This document shows positions 1-11,536 of a stretch of DNA of 20,000 bases, piece by piece. The number at the start of each line of letters is the position of its first letter. The stretch's first letter is position 1. The notes beneath the pieces were generated by a model, which worked only from the letters and a program-made list of their open reading frames with translations, was not told where the DNA came from and made no database searches. Both the position numbers and the translations under genes were made by a program. This DNA is from Trichoplax sp. H2 (Eukaryota): NCBI GenBank assembly GCA_003344405.1, contig NOWV01000138.1, positions 183,557 through 203,556 of the forward strand, written 5' to 3'.

Positions 1-11
1 ACGTACAAAGT

Positions 12-33
12 GAGAGAGAGAGAGAGAGAGAGA
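12..33. repeat. (GA)11 microsatellite
   Basis: Uninterrupted GA dinucleotide run read directly. Confidence 0.95.
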
Positions 34-2966
34 AAGTTGGCATGTGCATGATGGAAAATCATGTCGCAGCCGAAAGTTCATTAGTTGATTGACTACTGTA
101 GTCAAAGGAGTTGGAACTGGAAAGGTTAAGCTAGGCCTATTTCAACATGTCGGTAACCGTATGCACGGCAAGGCATGACGAAGCCATGGAATGGACAATT
201 CCCTTCCAGTCGATCCACCCCATTTGTGCCCCTATTCTATTCTCCATTCTCCATAGTCAAGGCTAATATTGATCTGTTGATGACCAAAGTAGAATATGGA
301 CAATGCAGTCTCTTTCCATGATTGTCAGCAGAATCAACATGAATTTGTTGTTCATCGTTGTCGGCCATTCTAGCCATTAGTAGCACATGACAACCCTCTG
401 CTAGCCTTGTTTGAAAGGATTGAATTGTATACATTCATTGTGTATATTCGTCGACGCCATACGATCTCAGTAGTTTACCTCGACCTCTGGACATCCTTTT
501 CACCCCAATGGACATTATGCAAATCAGTTTTTTGTTTCTACAGTTAAATTAAATTTTCAAAAAATAACCAACAAAATAAAAGGTTATAATGGCTTGGCAT
601 ACAGTAACAATGTTACTAACGTTGAGGACGCTAGTGTTTGGCGGTGGAGAGGACTGTTTCAAGTGGGAGCCAAGCGTAAAAGGTTTGGACTCTGATGTCA
701 AGGGGTAGCGTGGAAGAGCAACGCTGCACCTGCTGAACTGAATTGATAATATCGCTCCACCTTGGGATTCCAAGGGGTTAATAAACGTCGGCTTTGACCA
801 GTCATTTTCGCTTAACGATTCTTTATCGTCTTCCTGCGGTGGCAATCTACTCCCGGTCCTGTCCAGTGGTAGACATCAATCGATCAGAATGGGTAGAGAA
901 GTGGTAAATATACTTTGAATTACATTAAAGCATAGCATCATTTTGATTAGGATAGATGAAGGTAGAAAAGGAGCAATGTACAAGGGTGGATTTTTTTTTA
1001 TGGACACCATCTTGGATTACCTTGTACTACTTTTGTCCCAAAGTCATGCGATGCTGGTGAGGCACGGCCAATGTTGTCTATTGGTTTGAATGGTTAGGCC
1101 TGCAAAAAAACGATATCAATCAATCAATCGTAGATACTTGCTCTCATCGTGTTGTGATCCTGTCTTAACACAGACTCAAACTTGTCTCCAGTAGCAATCG
1201 AGGTTCATCCATGATAGACGAGTGGTCATGGAAAAAAAACGGACATGATAGCTAGAATAGTAAAGGAGCAAAAAAAAAAAAAAACTTTTTTGGGTGGGCT
1301 GATGCTTGTGATGTTACAACGATCGCTATATAGTTCCTCTGTGCCAACCAATTTCACCTTTTTACTGCTGTATCCTACTGTTATTTCCATTTTCTTTTTC
1401 TTTTTCTAATCGTGCCATGCAGCTCATGCTTTGACGCTACTTTCTTGGATTTGAGTTCCGCCATCATCCAATCTAAACTTGTTGCATCGTTAGCGTCCAT
1501 GTGAGAACGCGTTGTTGACCAAGTACTGTACAGTATCGTAGTGATGAGCATGGAAAAGCAGGACTACTATTTTCACATCGACGATAAACGCCTTTCCAAG
1601 TAAAATGTTCTTGCCATGGATCAATTCAAACTCAATAAGAGCATTACCGTTGACGATGGATGATGTCTTGTCGTCAATTTCCTAACAGAATCGTCGCTAA
1701 ATGGATGGCCGCACATTCACTCGATAGGGGATTGAGTGGAAAGTGACTAATGCAATTTTCAGCGTAACCCGTTGAAACTTTTAGCTGGCAGTACATTGAT
1801 TGGCCCTGATTCCATTGCAAGTATTACATTAATGCGTCCATGTCTATTTGTTCAACTAAAGTAATGCTATGTCATTAATAAACAGTGCTACAAAGTTAAG
1901 GGTATCCAACGATTCCTAAACTGTAATTGAAAGAAGAAGAACGGATCGACGCTGATGCTAATATTCCATTTTGGATTGTCATCGTTGGCATTTCAAGAGT
2001 AATCGCATTCCACCGCTAAATGGTAACGCCGGCCATTGCAAAATGAGTAAAAAGTAAAAAAGGGCAAACTGAGATTCTCCATCCTGGGATATTTTGTTGA
2101 TATCAACAAGAGGATACTTTCCTTTTACAGTACTGTACTTACATTTTTTCTTTTTGAGATTGGATGAAAATAGTATACAGTTGCCACAATCGAAGTTACT
2201 GTGTCACTTTTGGTAAGAGATGCTAGGGCTTTCTACTCTACTCGTAATTATTCTTGGAGTTATTTTAAGCTGGAGCGCCATGAGTTTTACATGGCGATAG
2301 CACTGGTAACCAATGTCATCAAGGCGCAAAAATGAACTTTTACCGATAGTAATTTCAGTCCAGTTTGTATCAACGTTGCCATGTATGGACAGAATCAAGA
2401 TCAATTGATTCCTTCTACAACCGGTAGTCCATTTTTAATGAAGTGCTAATCTACCCGTTTATGTACATTGTCCATTCTCCAACTGGATTTGCCAACATGG
2501 AGCTGAAATGGCAAGTCGATCAGGGATGATGAGAAAAAAAAACATCTCAGCTAATCTCCCGTCGTAAACCAACACCAGCCAATCCCTCTCTGCCCATGAT
2601 TGAAAAGATGGATCTATCTTTTTTTTTTTCTCCCCCCTCCCTCCACCTTCGTGGTTACTGCATAAGAGTACAAGATATTTTTTTCTCCATTTTTTCCAAG
2701 CATTCTGTTTTAGTTTACTCTCATGATTGATGAATTGATTGATTGATGATGCAACCTTGTCCAGTTTGTACTAATGCTTGATGATTTTGGGGTGTAAACC
2801 ATTGGGTCAATTGGCTTTCTTCTTCCATGTGGGTCGCCCTTGGCTTAGAGTACAGCCATACGCTGTCCAATTTCATCGTAGCAATGATGAACCAAGTGGA
2901 AATTGGGGTGGATGAGCAAAGAAAATCATTTGCAAACATCCATCAGGCTTGCGATCGGAGGGCGCC

Positions 2967-3044
2967 ATGAGCAAGAAAAGTTTTGCAGACGGCGTACGTG
3001 CAGGGCACCGCCTTCAACGCGCCCTGCTTGGAGGCGTTGATACT
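2967..3044 (+). CDS. Probable first coding exon of the GH13 gene (cytoplasmic tail MSKKSFADGVRAGHRLQRALLGGVDT)
   Basis: ATG in gcc-ATG context, 26 open codons in a locally GC-rich patch, and a strong phase-0 donor ACT|gtaagc at 3045. This is compatible with the phase-0 acceptor at 5056. The joined product would be 632 aa. No transcript evidence. Confidence 0.6.
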
Positions 3045-3278
3045 GTAAGCAGTGATGTATCCCATACAGTCGTAAACGATGGAGTAGAGTGACAGAAATG
3101 AGGCAATCGAAAGTGGTGCGTTCACCGCAAGCTCGATCGCAGCGGTGTACAGTATCGTGGACTAGCGTAGGATGGAGGTGGTCACTTATGCTGGACACCA
3201 GGAGGCTACTGTCCCATACATGACTACATCAGCCAGTCTGAGACTGTACAACACGACAGAAAATGATCGCATCCTGTC

Positions 3279-4505
3279 GTGGAAAAACTTGCCCAAAGGA
3301 CCAAAATGGCTACCCAAAAAAGGAATCAACAGTTCAAAATCATCATGGCTGGTGCTGAATCAGCGTAGAATCGTTTGTAGACATTAGTTCAGACCTTGTT
3401 GGATAGTGAGTAAATGTTCAGGAGACTCTTTAACCCAACACAACCTTCTATACTGTACTGTATAGGAGAGGAAAAGGTTGCGCCAAAGGCCGCTAGCGAT
3501 TTAAAATGGCTACCAAAAAAAGGAATCGACAGTTCAAAATCATCATGGCTGGTGCTGAATCAGGGCAGAATCGTTTGTAGACATTAGTTCAGACCTTGTT
3601 GGATAGTGAGTAAATGTTCAGGAGACTCTTTAACCCAACACAACCTTCTATACTGTACTGTATAGGAGAGGAAAAGGTTGCGCCAAAGGCCGCTAGCGAT
3701 TTAAAATGGCTACCAAAAAAAGGAATCGACAGTTCAGGATTATTATGACTAATGCTGAACCAGTGTAGAATCGTTTGTAGACATTAGTTCAGACCTTGTT
3801 GGATAGTGAGTAAATGTTCAGGAGACTCTTCAACCCAACACAACCTTCTATACTGTACTGTATAGGAGAGGAAAAGGTTGCGCCAGTTTCGCTAGTGATT
3901 AAAATGGCTACCAAAAAAGGAATGGACAGTTCGGAATTATTATGACTAATGCTGAACCAGTGTAAAATCGATTGTAGACATTAGTTCAGACCTTGTTGGA
4001 TAGCTGTAGTGAGCAAATGTTCAACAGACCCTTCAACCCAACACAACCTTCTATACTGTACTGTATAGGAGAGGAAAAGGTTGCGCCAAAGGCCGCTAAC
4101 GATTCAAAATGGCTTGCAAAAAAAAAATGGACAGTTCAGAATCATCATGGCCAGTGCTGAACCAGGGTAGACATTAGTGTAATGCAATTGATCCGATATT
4201 AGTTCAGACCTTCTTGGATAGTGAGCAAATGTTCAGGAAATGTTCAGCAGACTCTTCAACCCGACACAACCTTCTATACTAGTACTGTACAGAGAGGAAA
4301 AGGTTCCGCTAAAGGCTGTTAGCGGATAGTGTAAATTAAATGAAAATAGCTTGAGAACAAGGAATTGACAGTTCAGAATTATCTTGACTGGTGCTTAACA
4401 ATTGCTAGAATCAATTGTAGAGATTAGTTCACACTTTCTTGGATAGTAAACAAATGTTCACAAAATGTTACACTGAGGAAAAGGTTGCAGCAAATGCTTG
4501 CAATC
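3279..4505. repeat. Tandem array of ~6 copies of a ~200-bp unit (in the putative GH13 intron)
   Basis: The anchor AAAATGGC/AAAATAGC recurs at 3303, 3503, 3703, 3901, 4106 and 4343. Copies 1-3 are near-identical and later copies are increasingly diverged. Outer boundaries are approximate. Confidence 0.95.
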
Positions 4506-5056
4506 GGATTGAACGTCTAGAAACGCTAGTTGAAATCGAGAATCATGTCCATCCATTTGATTCGACCTGAGAAAGATTCGGTGATCGGTTGATTGCTGCT
4601 ACGCTTGATTTTACCATTACTGTGCCCGTGTCTAATGGATGTATGGTCGTGTGGAGCCAATAAGTGGGCAACCCTCACGACGGGGTGATAGTTTTCTTGC
4701 TAAGGTCCACTTTGAATATTGCGATATCCTTAAATACTGCAGAGCCAGTCGATGTAGACTATTATAGTAGGCTAGCATTGGCAAGAAGGAAAAATGCATC
4801 TGATCATCCTTGCCAGTAATGAAACCCATGTTTCTATAATACAAATTCAATTGGATTAGAGAGACATGGCGCAGTAGATGCCTGCAATCATGCGGTGCCA
4901 ATCGATGCATCACTCACCGAGTTACTTTAATTCATGACAACATCGAGTAGAATGGAAGAGAGAGATGGACGTATGCTCCGTCAAAGATTATTAGACATCC
5001 ACTCTCCATACTGCTACCACACTATTTGTAATAACTTTTACTTTCTATCCTTGTAG

Positions 5057-6877
5057 GAATATTCAGCCGAAACGAGAGCGGCCAGAACGCGCCGTATGAA
5101 CTGCTGGATTTATTTCGTCCTGTTTATCCTTACAGCAGTTTCTGTCGTCATCATCATCGTCACTTATAGTACTCGTCCTGTCAACAAACTCAAGACTACG
5201 CTTGCTGGTCGAAAGTACGATTGGCCAGCCACCTGTGATCAACGATTACAGTGGTGGCAAACTGGCATCATTTACCAAATTTATCCACGCTCTTTCCAAG
5301 ATTCCAATGGTGATGGTGTTGGCGACCTTCGTGGTATTATGCAACGCTTGGATCATCTTAAATTTATCGGCGTTCAAACTGTCTGGTTAAGTCCTGTTTA
5401 CAAGTCGCCCATGAAAGATTTTGGTTATGATGTCTCCGACTACTATCAAATTGATCCTTTATTTGGTAATTTACGCGATTTCGATGCTATGTTGAAGGCC
5501 ATGGGAGAGAAAGACATCAAGTTGGTGATGGATTTTGTACCCAATCATACATCCGATCTCAATCAATGGTTTATCGATAGTGTCAACAGAGAAAATGGCA
5601 AAGATGATTGGTACATGTGGGCTGATCCTAAAGCAAATAGCGTTCTTCCAGCCAACGAAAGCTATCCAAATAACTGGATTAGCGTATTTAGCGGATCCAT
5701 GTGGAATTATAATACGAAGCGTAGCCAATTTTATCTCCATCAATTCTTGAAAGAGCAACCTGATCTCAACTACACCAATCCAGAAGTTGTCCAAGCGTCT
5801 TACGATGTCATCTCCTTTTGGCTCAACAAAGGTGTCGATGGATTCCGTATTGATGCCATCAAGCATGTTTTTGAAAATCCTCTTTTACCCGATGAAGTTC
5901 GCAATCCTAATTTTAAACCTGGTGAACCTCCCTATAGCAGCCTTATCCATAATGAGACTACTGATTACCCACCACTACATCAATTATGCAAAGATTGGCG
6001 TAAAGTCATCGATAAATTTTCCACTTCGCAGAAGCCACGTTTCGCAGTGGGAGAAGCATACGATCCAATCCGTGAAATCATGAAGTATTACGGTACCAAT
6101 GGTGATGAATTCCATTTTCCTTTCAATTTCTTCTTGTTGACCTTAGGCGATTTTACCGGCACTGGTGTCAATAAAACTGTGGAAGATTGGATGTCTCATG
6201 CACCCCGATGTGGCTGGCCAAATTGGGTTGTTGGTAACCATGATAATAACCGTATCTCTAAGCGTCGTGGCAACGCCTATGTCAGAGCAGTTAATGCTAT
6301 CAATTTGCTATTACCTGGTACTCCTACAACTTACTACGGTGAAGAAATCAACATGCAACATGTCGATATTGATCTTAGCGAAGCAAAAGATCCATTTGCT
6401 TTGCAAAATCCTGACATCTACAAAACTGTCGGCCGTGATCCAGAACGTACACCAATGCAATGGAATCGCTCTGCTAACGCTGGATTCACCAATGCTGGTG
6501 TCAAGCCATGGCTGCCAGTAGCAAGTGATTACCAAACTAGAAATGTTGCTGCACAAAGAGCCGATACTCATTCCGATTTATGGTGGTATAGGAGTTTAGC
6601 AAACCTTCGTTCATCCCACGATTCATTCAAATATCCAGGTTATCAAGCAATCAAGGCGACAAAAGATGTCTTTGCTTTCTTGCGTTTCCACAGAACTGAT
6701 ACCTACAATTACTTAGTGGTGACTAATTTGGGCCAAAAGACATCAGTCGATTTGTCTGCTGTATCAGATGCTGGAGACATTGTATTATCTAGCACCTTCA
6801 AGAGAGTCGGAACTGTAGGTCTGGCTGCTATCGACTTAGATGTCGGCGAGGTCTTAGTATTTAGGATCAATAAGTAA
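5057..6877 (+). CDS. GH13 alpha-glucosidase, maltase / rBAT (SLC3A1)-like, type II membrane-anchored; main exon (ORF-track ATG at 5096)
   Basis: Acceptor ctttctatccttgtag| at 5056 is in frame with the 593-aa ORF. N-terminal TM helix (WIYFVLFILTAVSVVIIIVTY). GH13 motifs: WWQ..IYQIYPRSFQDSNGDGVGDL, DFGYDVSDY, DFVPNH, QPDLN, GFRIDAIKH (D at 5852), VGEAY (E at 6053), VVGNHD (D at 6242), LPGTPTTYYGEEI, RDPERTPMQW. Confidence 0.97.
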   Translation, partial: EYSAETRAARTRRMNCWIYFVLFILTAVSVVIIIVTYSTRPVNKLKTTLAGRKYDWPATCDQRLQWWQTGIIYQIYPRSFQDSNGDGVGDLRGIMQRLDHLKFIGVQTVWLSPVYKSPMKDFGYDVSDYYQIDPLFGNLRDFDAMLKAMGEKDIKLVMDFVPNHTSDLNQWFIDSVNRENGKDDWYMWADPKANSVLPANESYPNNWISVFSGSMWNYNTKRSQFYLHQFLKEQPDLNYTNPEVVQASYDVISFWLNKGVDGFRIDAIKHVFENPLLPDEVRNPNFKPGEPPYSSLIHNETTDYPPLHQLCKDWRKVIDKFSTSQKPRFAVGEAYDPIREIMKYYGTNGDEFHFPFNFFLLTLGDFTGTGVNKTVEDWMSHAPRCGWPNWVVGNHDNNRISKRRGNAYVRAVNAINLLLPGTPTTYYGEEINMQHVDIDLSEAKDPFALQNPDIYKTVGRDPERTPMQWNRSANAGFTNAGVKPWLPVASDYQTRNVAAQRADTHSDLWWYRSLANLRSSHDSFKYPGYQAIKATKDVFAFLRFHRTDTYNYLVVTNLGQKTSVDLSAVSDAGDIVLSSTFKRVGTVGLAAIDLDVGEVLVFRINK

Positions 6878-8373
6878 TTTCCGAAGGCATAAAATTTCTG
6901 CTTTTATGTATTCTATCTAATCGTTGAAATAGAGTTTTACAATTGTTTCATCACCATTGCCAGTCTAAATTGGTTCGTTTGGATTATTTGAACTTGCTTA
7001 AAAATTGGCAGTAATAACATGGTGAATTAAAAATAGTTCCTATGTCTGTTATAAAAATGTTTTGTAGATTGACTAGGGTATCGTTTGTAGGCTTCATAAT
7101 TTTTGCTTTTGTGCTTGATTGCGTCTTGTAATGACGATAGAATTCTTCGGTAAGGCTATTGTACCAGCGTTTATAAAAATGTTCTCGTAATATTGATTTG
7201 AATTGTTGAGAAATGCGAGCCCACAGTACTCTTGTACGGCGAAGCAAACCGTAGAACGTAAACAAGTGTTATCATAGATACTTGGGGTTATCGTAATAAA
7301 AATTAAATTAAACCATCATCAAGTGCAAATGATTGTGTACTTACATCGACTGGTATTGAATGATTGCAAACGAATAGGCGAGCATGGAATACAGTAGACG
7401 AGCGTATGAATTATTTTGCCAAAATACCACTATTCCTTTTACTCGTCCATTTCTAAAGGAAGAAATAAATTATACTGTACTGTACAGTAGTTTGACCTAT
7501 ATAGGACTTTGCAAGTGCTCGATTCTTCTTCATCTTATGCTGTAGTCTGTAGAGCGATCTTGTAGATTGTAACTCAAGTTGATACATTGGTGATCATATT
7601 TGCATACACTTGACCTTGGTTAATGTTTTCTGCTATTTCGATGCTAAGGTCTTTTTTCGAAAGAACTTTCATTTAATACATTCCTTTCTGTAAATGTTAT
7701 AACTGTCGATCAAGGACATATACGTATGGTACCGAAATGATTGAAAATGAAACTTAAATTCATATCACACTGTAAATGCTGTTTAAATTGAACTAATACA
7801 GACAGTTGTATAATTAATTATCATTCAGCGCAAAGCTTAAAAAGTGTAGCTGTTGATCATTCTATATCCGCCCATTGGCACTGTATAATTATGTGTATAA
7901 TTGTTGTTACCACATGAAAAGTATCGCTAAGACATATAATTATGTTTGATTCCAGTAGTTTAATAGTTTAAAGTGAATGACAGAACTATCAAACCCTTCT
8001 TCGGTAGTTCGCAATGCAATGTTTTTACAAAAACGTCAGTAATAATGATGGGTTATGCCGATATAAACTGTATAAAACAAGCCCAAACTAGGATTGTGTA
8101 AATATGCCAATAGAGAGCTATAACATGTTGCAACCTAATAGGACTACAATACAGCATAGAGTACCAAATCAACATTGTTGAGGCTCGATAGAAGGAGGAC
8201 ACAATAAAGTCATAGTAGGTCTTGCTGGTTCATGAAATATTGACTCCTCATCGAAGTCAGGTAATAATACTATCAAGCCAGAGGTCATGACTAATAAGAT
8301 TAATCTTATTAGTTGCTCTATTGGCAATTGATCCAGTCACATATGCCAGATAACTTTGCGCAATCTTAGGCGA

Positions 8374-8635
8374 GTCTGTTCTTGAATCTTACGTGCATGC
8401 CAAGTGTTTCTATTAAGGCCAAAACAATATTGTTGAGCAGTAGTCAATGGATGAAAAGCTACTACAACGATGCAAGTGAAATTTGTTCTATATATTACTA
8501 GTCGTCTGTTCTTGAATCTTATGTGCATGCCAAGTGTTTCTATTAAGGCCAAAACAATATTTTTGAGCAGTAGTCAATGGATGAAAAGCTACTACAACGA
8601 TGCAAGTGAAATTTGTTCTATATATTACTAGTCGT
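8374..8635. repeat. Direct tandem duplication, 2 x 130 bp
   Basis: GTCTGTTCTTGAATCTTA... starts at 8374 and again at 8504. I see only two substitutions between the copies. Confidence 0.95.
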
Positions 8636-10748
8636 TGCATACGAATTGAAAGCGCCGTTAAAACTCGGATTGGCATGCAGTTACTCAGTTTTATTGCGAG
8701 ATTAAAAGCCAAATCATCATCGATTATTTGTTAAAGTTATTCTAAAGTACTGTACACATAGACAATATTGAGACTGTAACACCATGAGAGAGAATCAGCT
8801 TCAGCGGTCTTTTTGATGTACGCAAGCCTCGCTATTGATTCAAGAATGCATTATATTCCTACCACAGTGCATATTAGTATCGGAATCAGTAATAACGCAA
8901 TTAAATTATTGTAATTAGTTTAATTGTTTATTATTTTACAGAGCTTTGCAGAGTGTATATCGTTTACAAATTTGCGGTAAAATTTATGCCACTACAATAC
9001 AGAAACGTCATTGCATCGAAATAAACTCCAGGTTTAGTATTTTCTACAGTGTATGTCATTAATGGTAACAAAGTAACTTCGACGATCAGTACCGTTAAAA
9101 GTGTTGACAAATTATAAGCTCTTTAATCGATGAAATAAGGATACGTTAAGTGACGAAGCCTTTGAATAAAACTGTATACGAATACCAAAGACTCTCTATA
9201 ATCAGTAAAGTAGTAACATTAGAGTTTAAGGAGAACATGTCATACATTAGATTACGGCATACCGATCATACGTGATCAACGTTATACGATAACAGAAATA
9301 CACGTAGAATGAATTTTAACGCTAAAGTTATCTTTAAAATATACAGTAGCATAGATAAAAGACTTGTTCAATGTCGCTATTATAGGTGACAGTACTCTTC
9401 GCATATACTTGAAAGTAAATTGACATAGTGATCATAGAGCAAATGAGGTAATATTCTTAAAAACTAACATTATATAATAAAATAACGCCATTTGTTAATT
9501 AGTAACGCTCCAGAATACAACATCTACACATAGTCGATAGTAAAAAATATATCCAAAACTGCAACATTTACGCAATACTGTAGTCTTGTAGAAATGTTGG
9601 TAGAGTCTTCCACATGTTCAAGTATATTTACGTACGTACATTTATACACTGTATATATACAGTACATTTCTGTGCTGCATAGAATTACGTCAATATACAG
9701 GATTAATTTACATAATAGCAAATTTTTGCTATAGTACCAGGTCTTAAAATGATTTACTAACAATTTGCTGAGGTAAGCTTCGATGATAATAATGAACTGA
9801 TAACCAGTGTAAATGCAGCAAATTACTCTTAACGTACTTGAACTCTTTGCTGTCAGAGAAATATTTCAAGAATAAAAATAAAATAGAAAAAAATAAAATG
9901 TCAACCAATCTAATATAATTACTATATTTCTTCGGGTATAGTGCTTCCGTTCGTGATCGTTCCAGAAAGAATTCGATCTAATTTTTTCATACAGAGCTAA
10001 AGATTACTTTATCTTCATATGACACTATACTTATGATGTGTAAAGGTATGTGGTAGACCATCTAACATTCAACATAATTGTAGGGCCATTAAATCCAAGT
10101 TTTGTTAATATGGGTGATTGAAGCCGTGATATCCAATGAATAAACTAGATTGCATATAAGATATATACACCTTAGCACGATGATATTAACGACCTCGGGA
10201 CATTATTACGCTAAATTTGGGCAAATAATGGTTATGCTTTCACGGTTTGTACTTTACGAAATAAAATGGCATTAAATGGATGTCATCCTTCATCTCATGA
10301 CGATATATTACTATTAATATGACAATGAAGCAAAAAGCTTAACATAAATGTTGTTGCTTTTATACTACGTTAATCTAGAAATAATTTGTCACTAGTAAAT
10401 GATAGTTTCAATAATATCTTTATGAGATGTTTATATTGTACAATTCACCTAAGAAGGATAACAAAGCCAAGATAAGATATCGCAATTCGCGGTATAGTAT
10501 AGTCTGAGAAGTTAACAGTAATCACCAATAAAAGTCTTCATAATATTATACTATTATTGGTTATTTTAAACGAATTACATCCAGTACATGCATAGTATAG
10601 ACGGAATAGAATGTCTCCAATAATACCAGTAAAAATTTTCCATTGATTTAGCAAATCTACAGCTTGCTGAAGCTAAAACGTTACAAATGAATACAATGGA
10701 GTAAATTAACCATTTCTAAACTTGATCAATTTTTTCGGATTAATATTA

Positions 10749-11536
10749 TTAAATTTCAGCTTGACAGGTAAAATTAAGATTTCGAACTGGTACTGGGCTT
10801 TTCGATAATAGCCGCTGATGTAATTTAAAAATCTTTTCCGGCGTATCGAGTCTTTTCTTCGCTGAAGATCGACGTTGAGATTTTTCCTCGTAATGTTTTA
10901 GGTGCGCTGTAGTATCGCCTTTCTGCTTTTGAACATGAGATAGGCTGTCATCATCATTGACTGTATGATTATTATATTGGTGAGCAGTTTGACTTGAATC
11001 TGGGGGATGATTTCTGGAGTTAATTTCATCATTTGACGAAATTTGGATAGTTTTTGGTGGATGTTTAATTGTACTAATACTCTCTGCTTGTATGTCATTT
11101 ACTGCTGTTACATGATTAGCATTGTCCAACATCATTTGTGCCTGTGCAAGATCAGACATGTTATCATCATTAAAATGGAGAGTATCATAGTCGTTATTAC
11201 TATGATACGGTTGTTGATGTACTTCAGCGTGCGCTGTAAATTGATCATTATTGTTATCGGCCTGGTTGGCGCTTTCATTGCCTCTCAATTCTTCATTTAA
11301 GTACTGCTGTTGGTTATAATGCATTTGGTTCTGGTTTTGATCATCAAAGACTGGGTTATCTATACCGGCATAATTTCTGATTTGGTTTGACTCTGATTGA
11401 TCACCTCCATTGGTATAATTACTACCGTAATGATTATATTGTGAATCACCATCATAGTCAGCATTTAGATCTCCATGGTTTTCGTCATATTGTACCATAT
11501 CATATAAGTCATCTTCTTCATCAACTTGATTATGTG
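10749..11536 (-). CDS. FERM gene terminal exon 14 (N/D/Q/H-rich disordered tail ending ...NFTCQAEI*)
   Basis: aatatag| phase-1 acceptor in frame with ORF 10749..11498; TAA stop at 10749..10751. Confidence 0.82.

Noticed and set aside
237..845. Minus-strand ORFs 237..434 and 549..845 as exons of a third gene
   Set aside because: No recognisable domain, and I could not build a consistent splice chain. A divergent gene cannot be fully excluded.
1425..1690. Short coding-looking frames on both strands (e.g. minus-strand ...SLDWMMAELKSKKSSVKA*)
   Set aside because: Short, interrupted by stops, with no family motif and no linking exons.
3225..3400. GTCTGAGAC and TTCAGAC as a possible RNase P RNA P4 helix
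   Set aside because: The GGAA of conserved region I is missing, the spacing is wrong, and the 3' half is part of the satellite unit.
3279..4505. 200-bp repeat as a CRISPR array, a hammerhead/twister retrozyme, or a coding repeat (ORF 3172..3387)
   Set aside because: There are no unique spacers and the context is eukaryotic. I found no CUGANGA/GAAA hammerhead core or twister core on either strand. The period is not a multiple of 3 and the + strand frames contain stops.
5202..6571. ORFs nested in or antisense to the GH13 exon
   Set aside because: Alternative-frame shadows of a strongly supported gene.
6984..9763. Small intergenic ORFs (6984..7265, 8337..8552, 8488..8712, 9524..9763)
   Set aside because: No motifs and several non-ATG starts. 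Two are similar only because of the 130-bp duplication.
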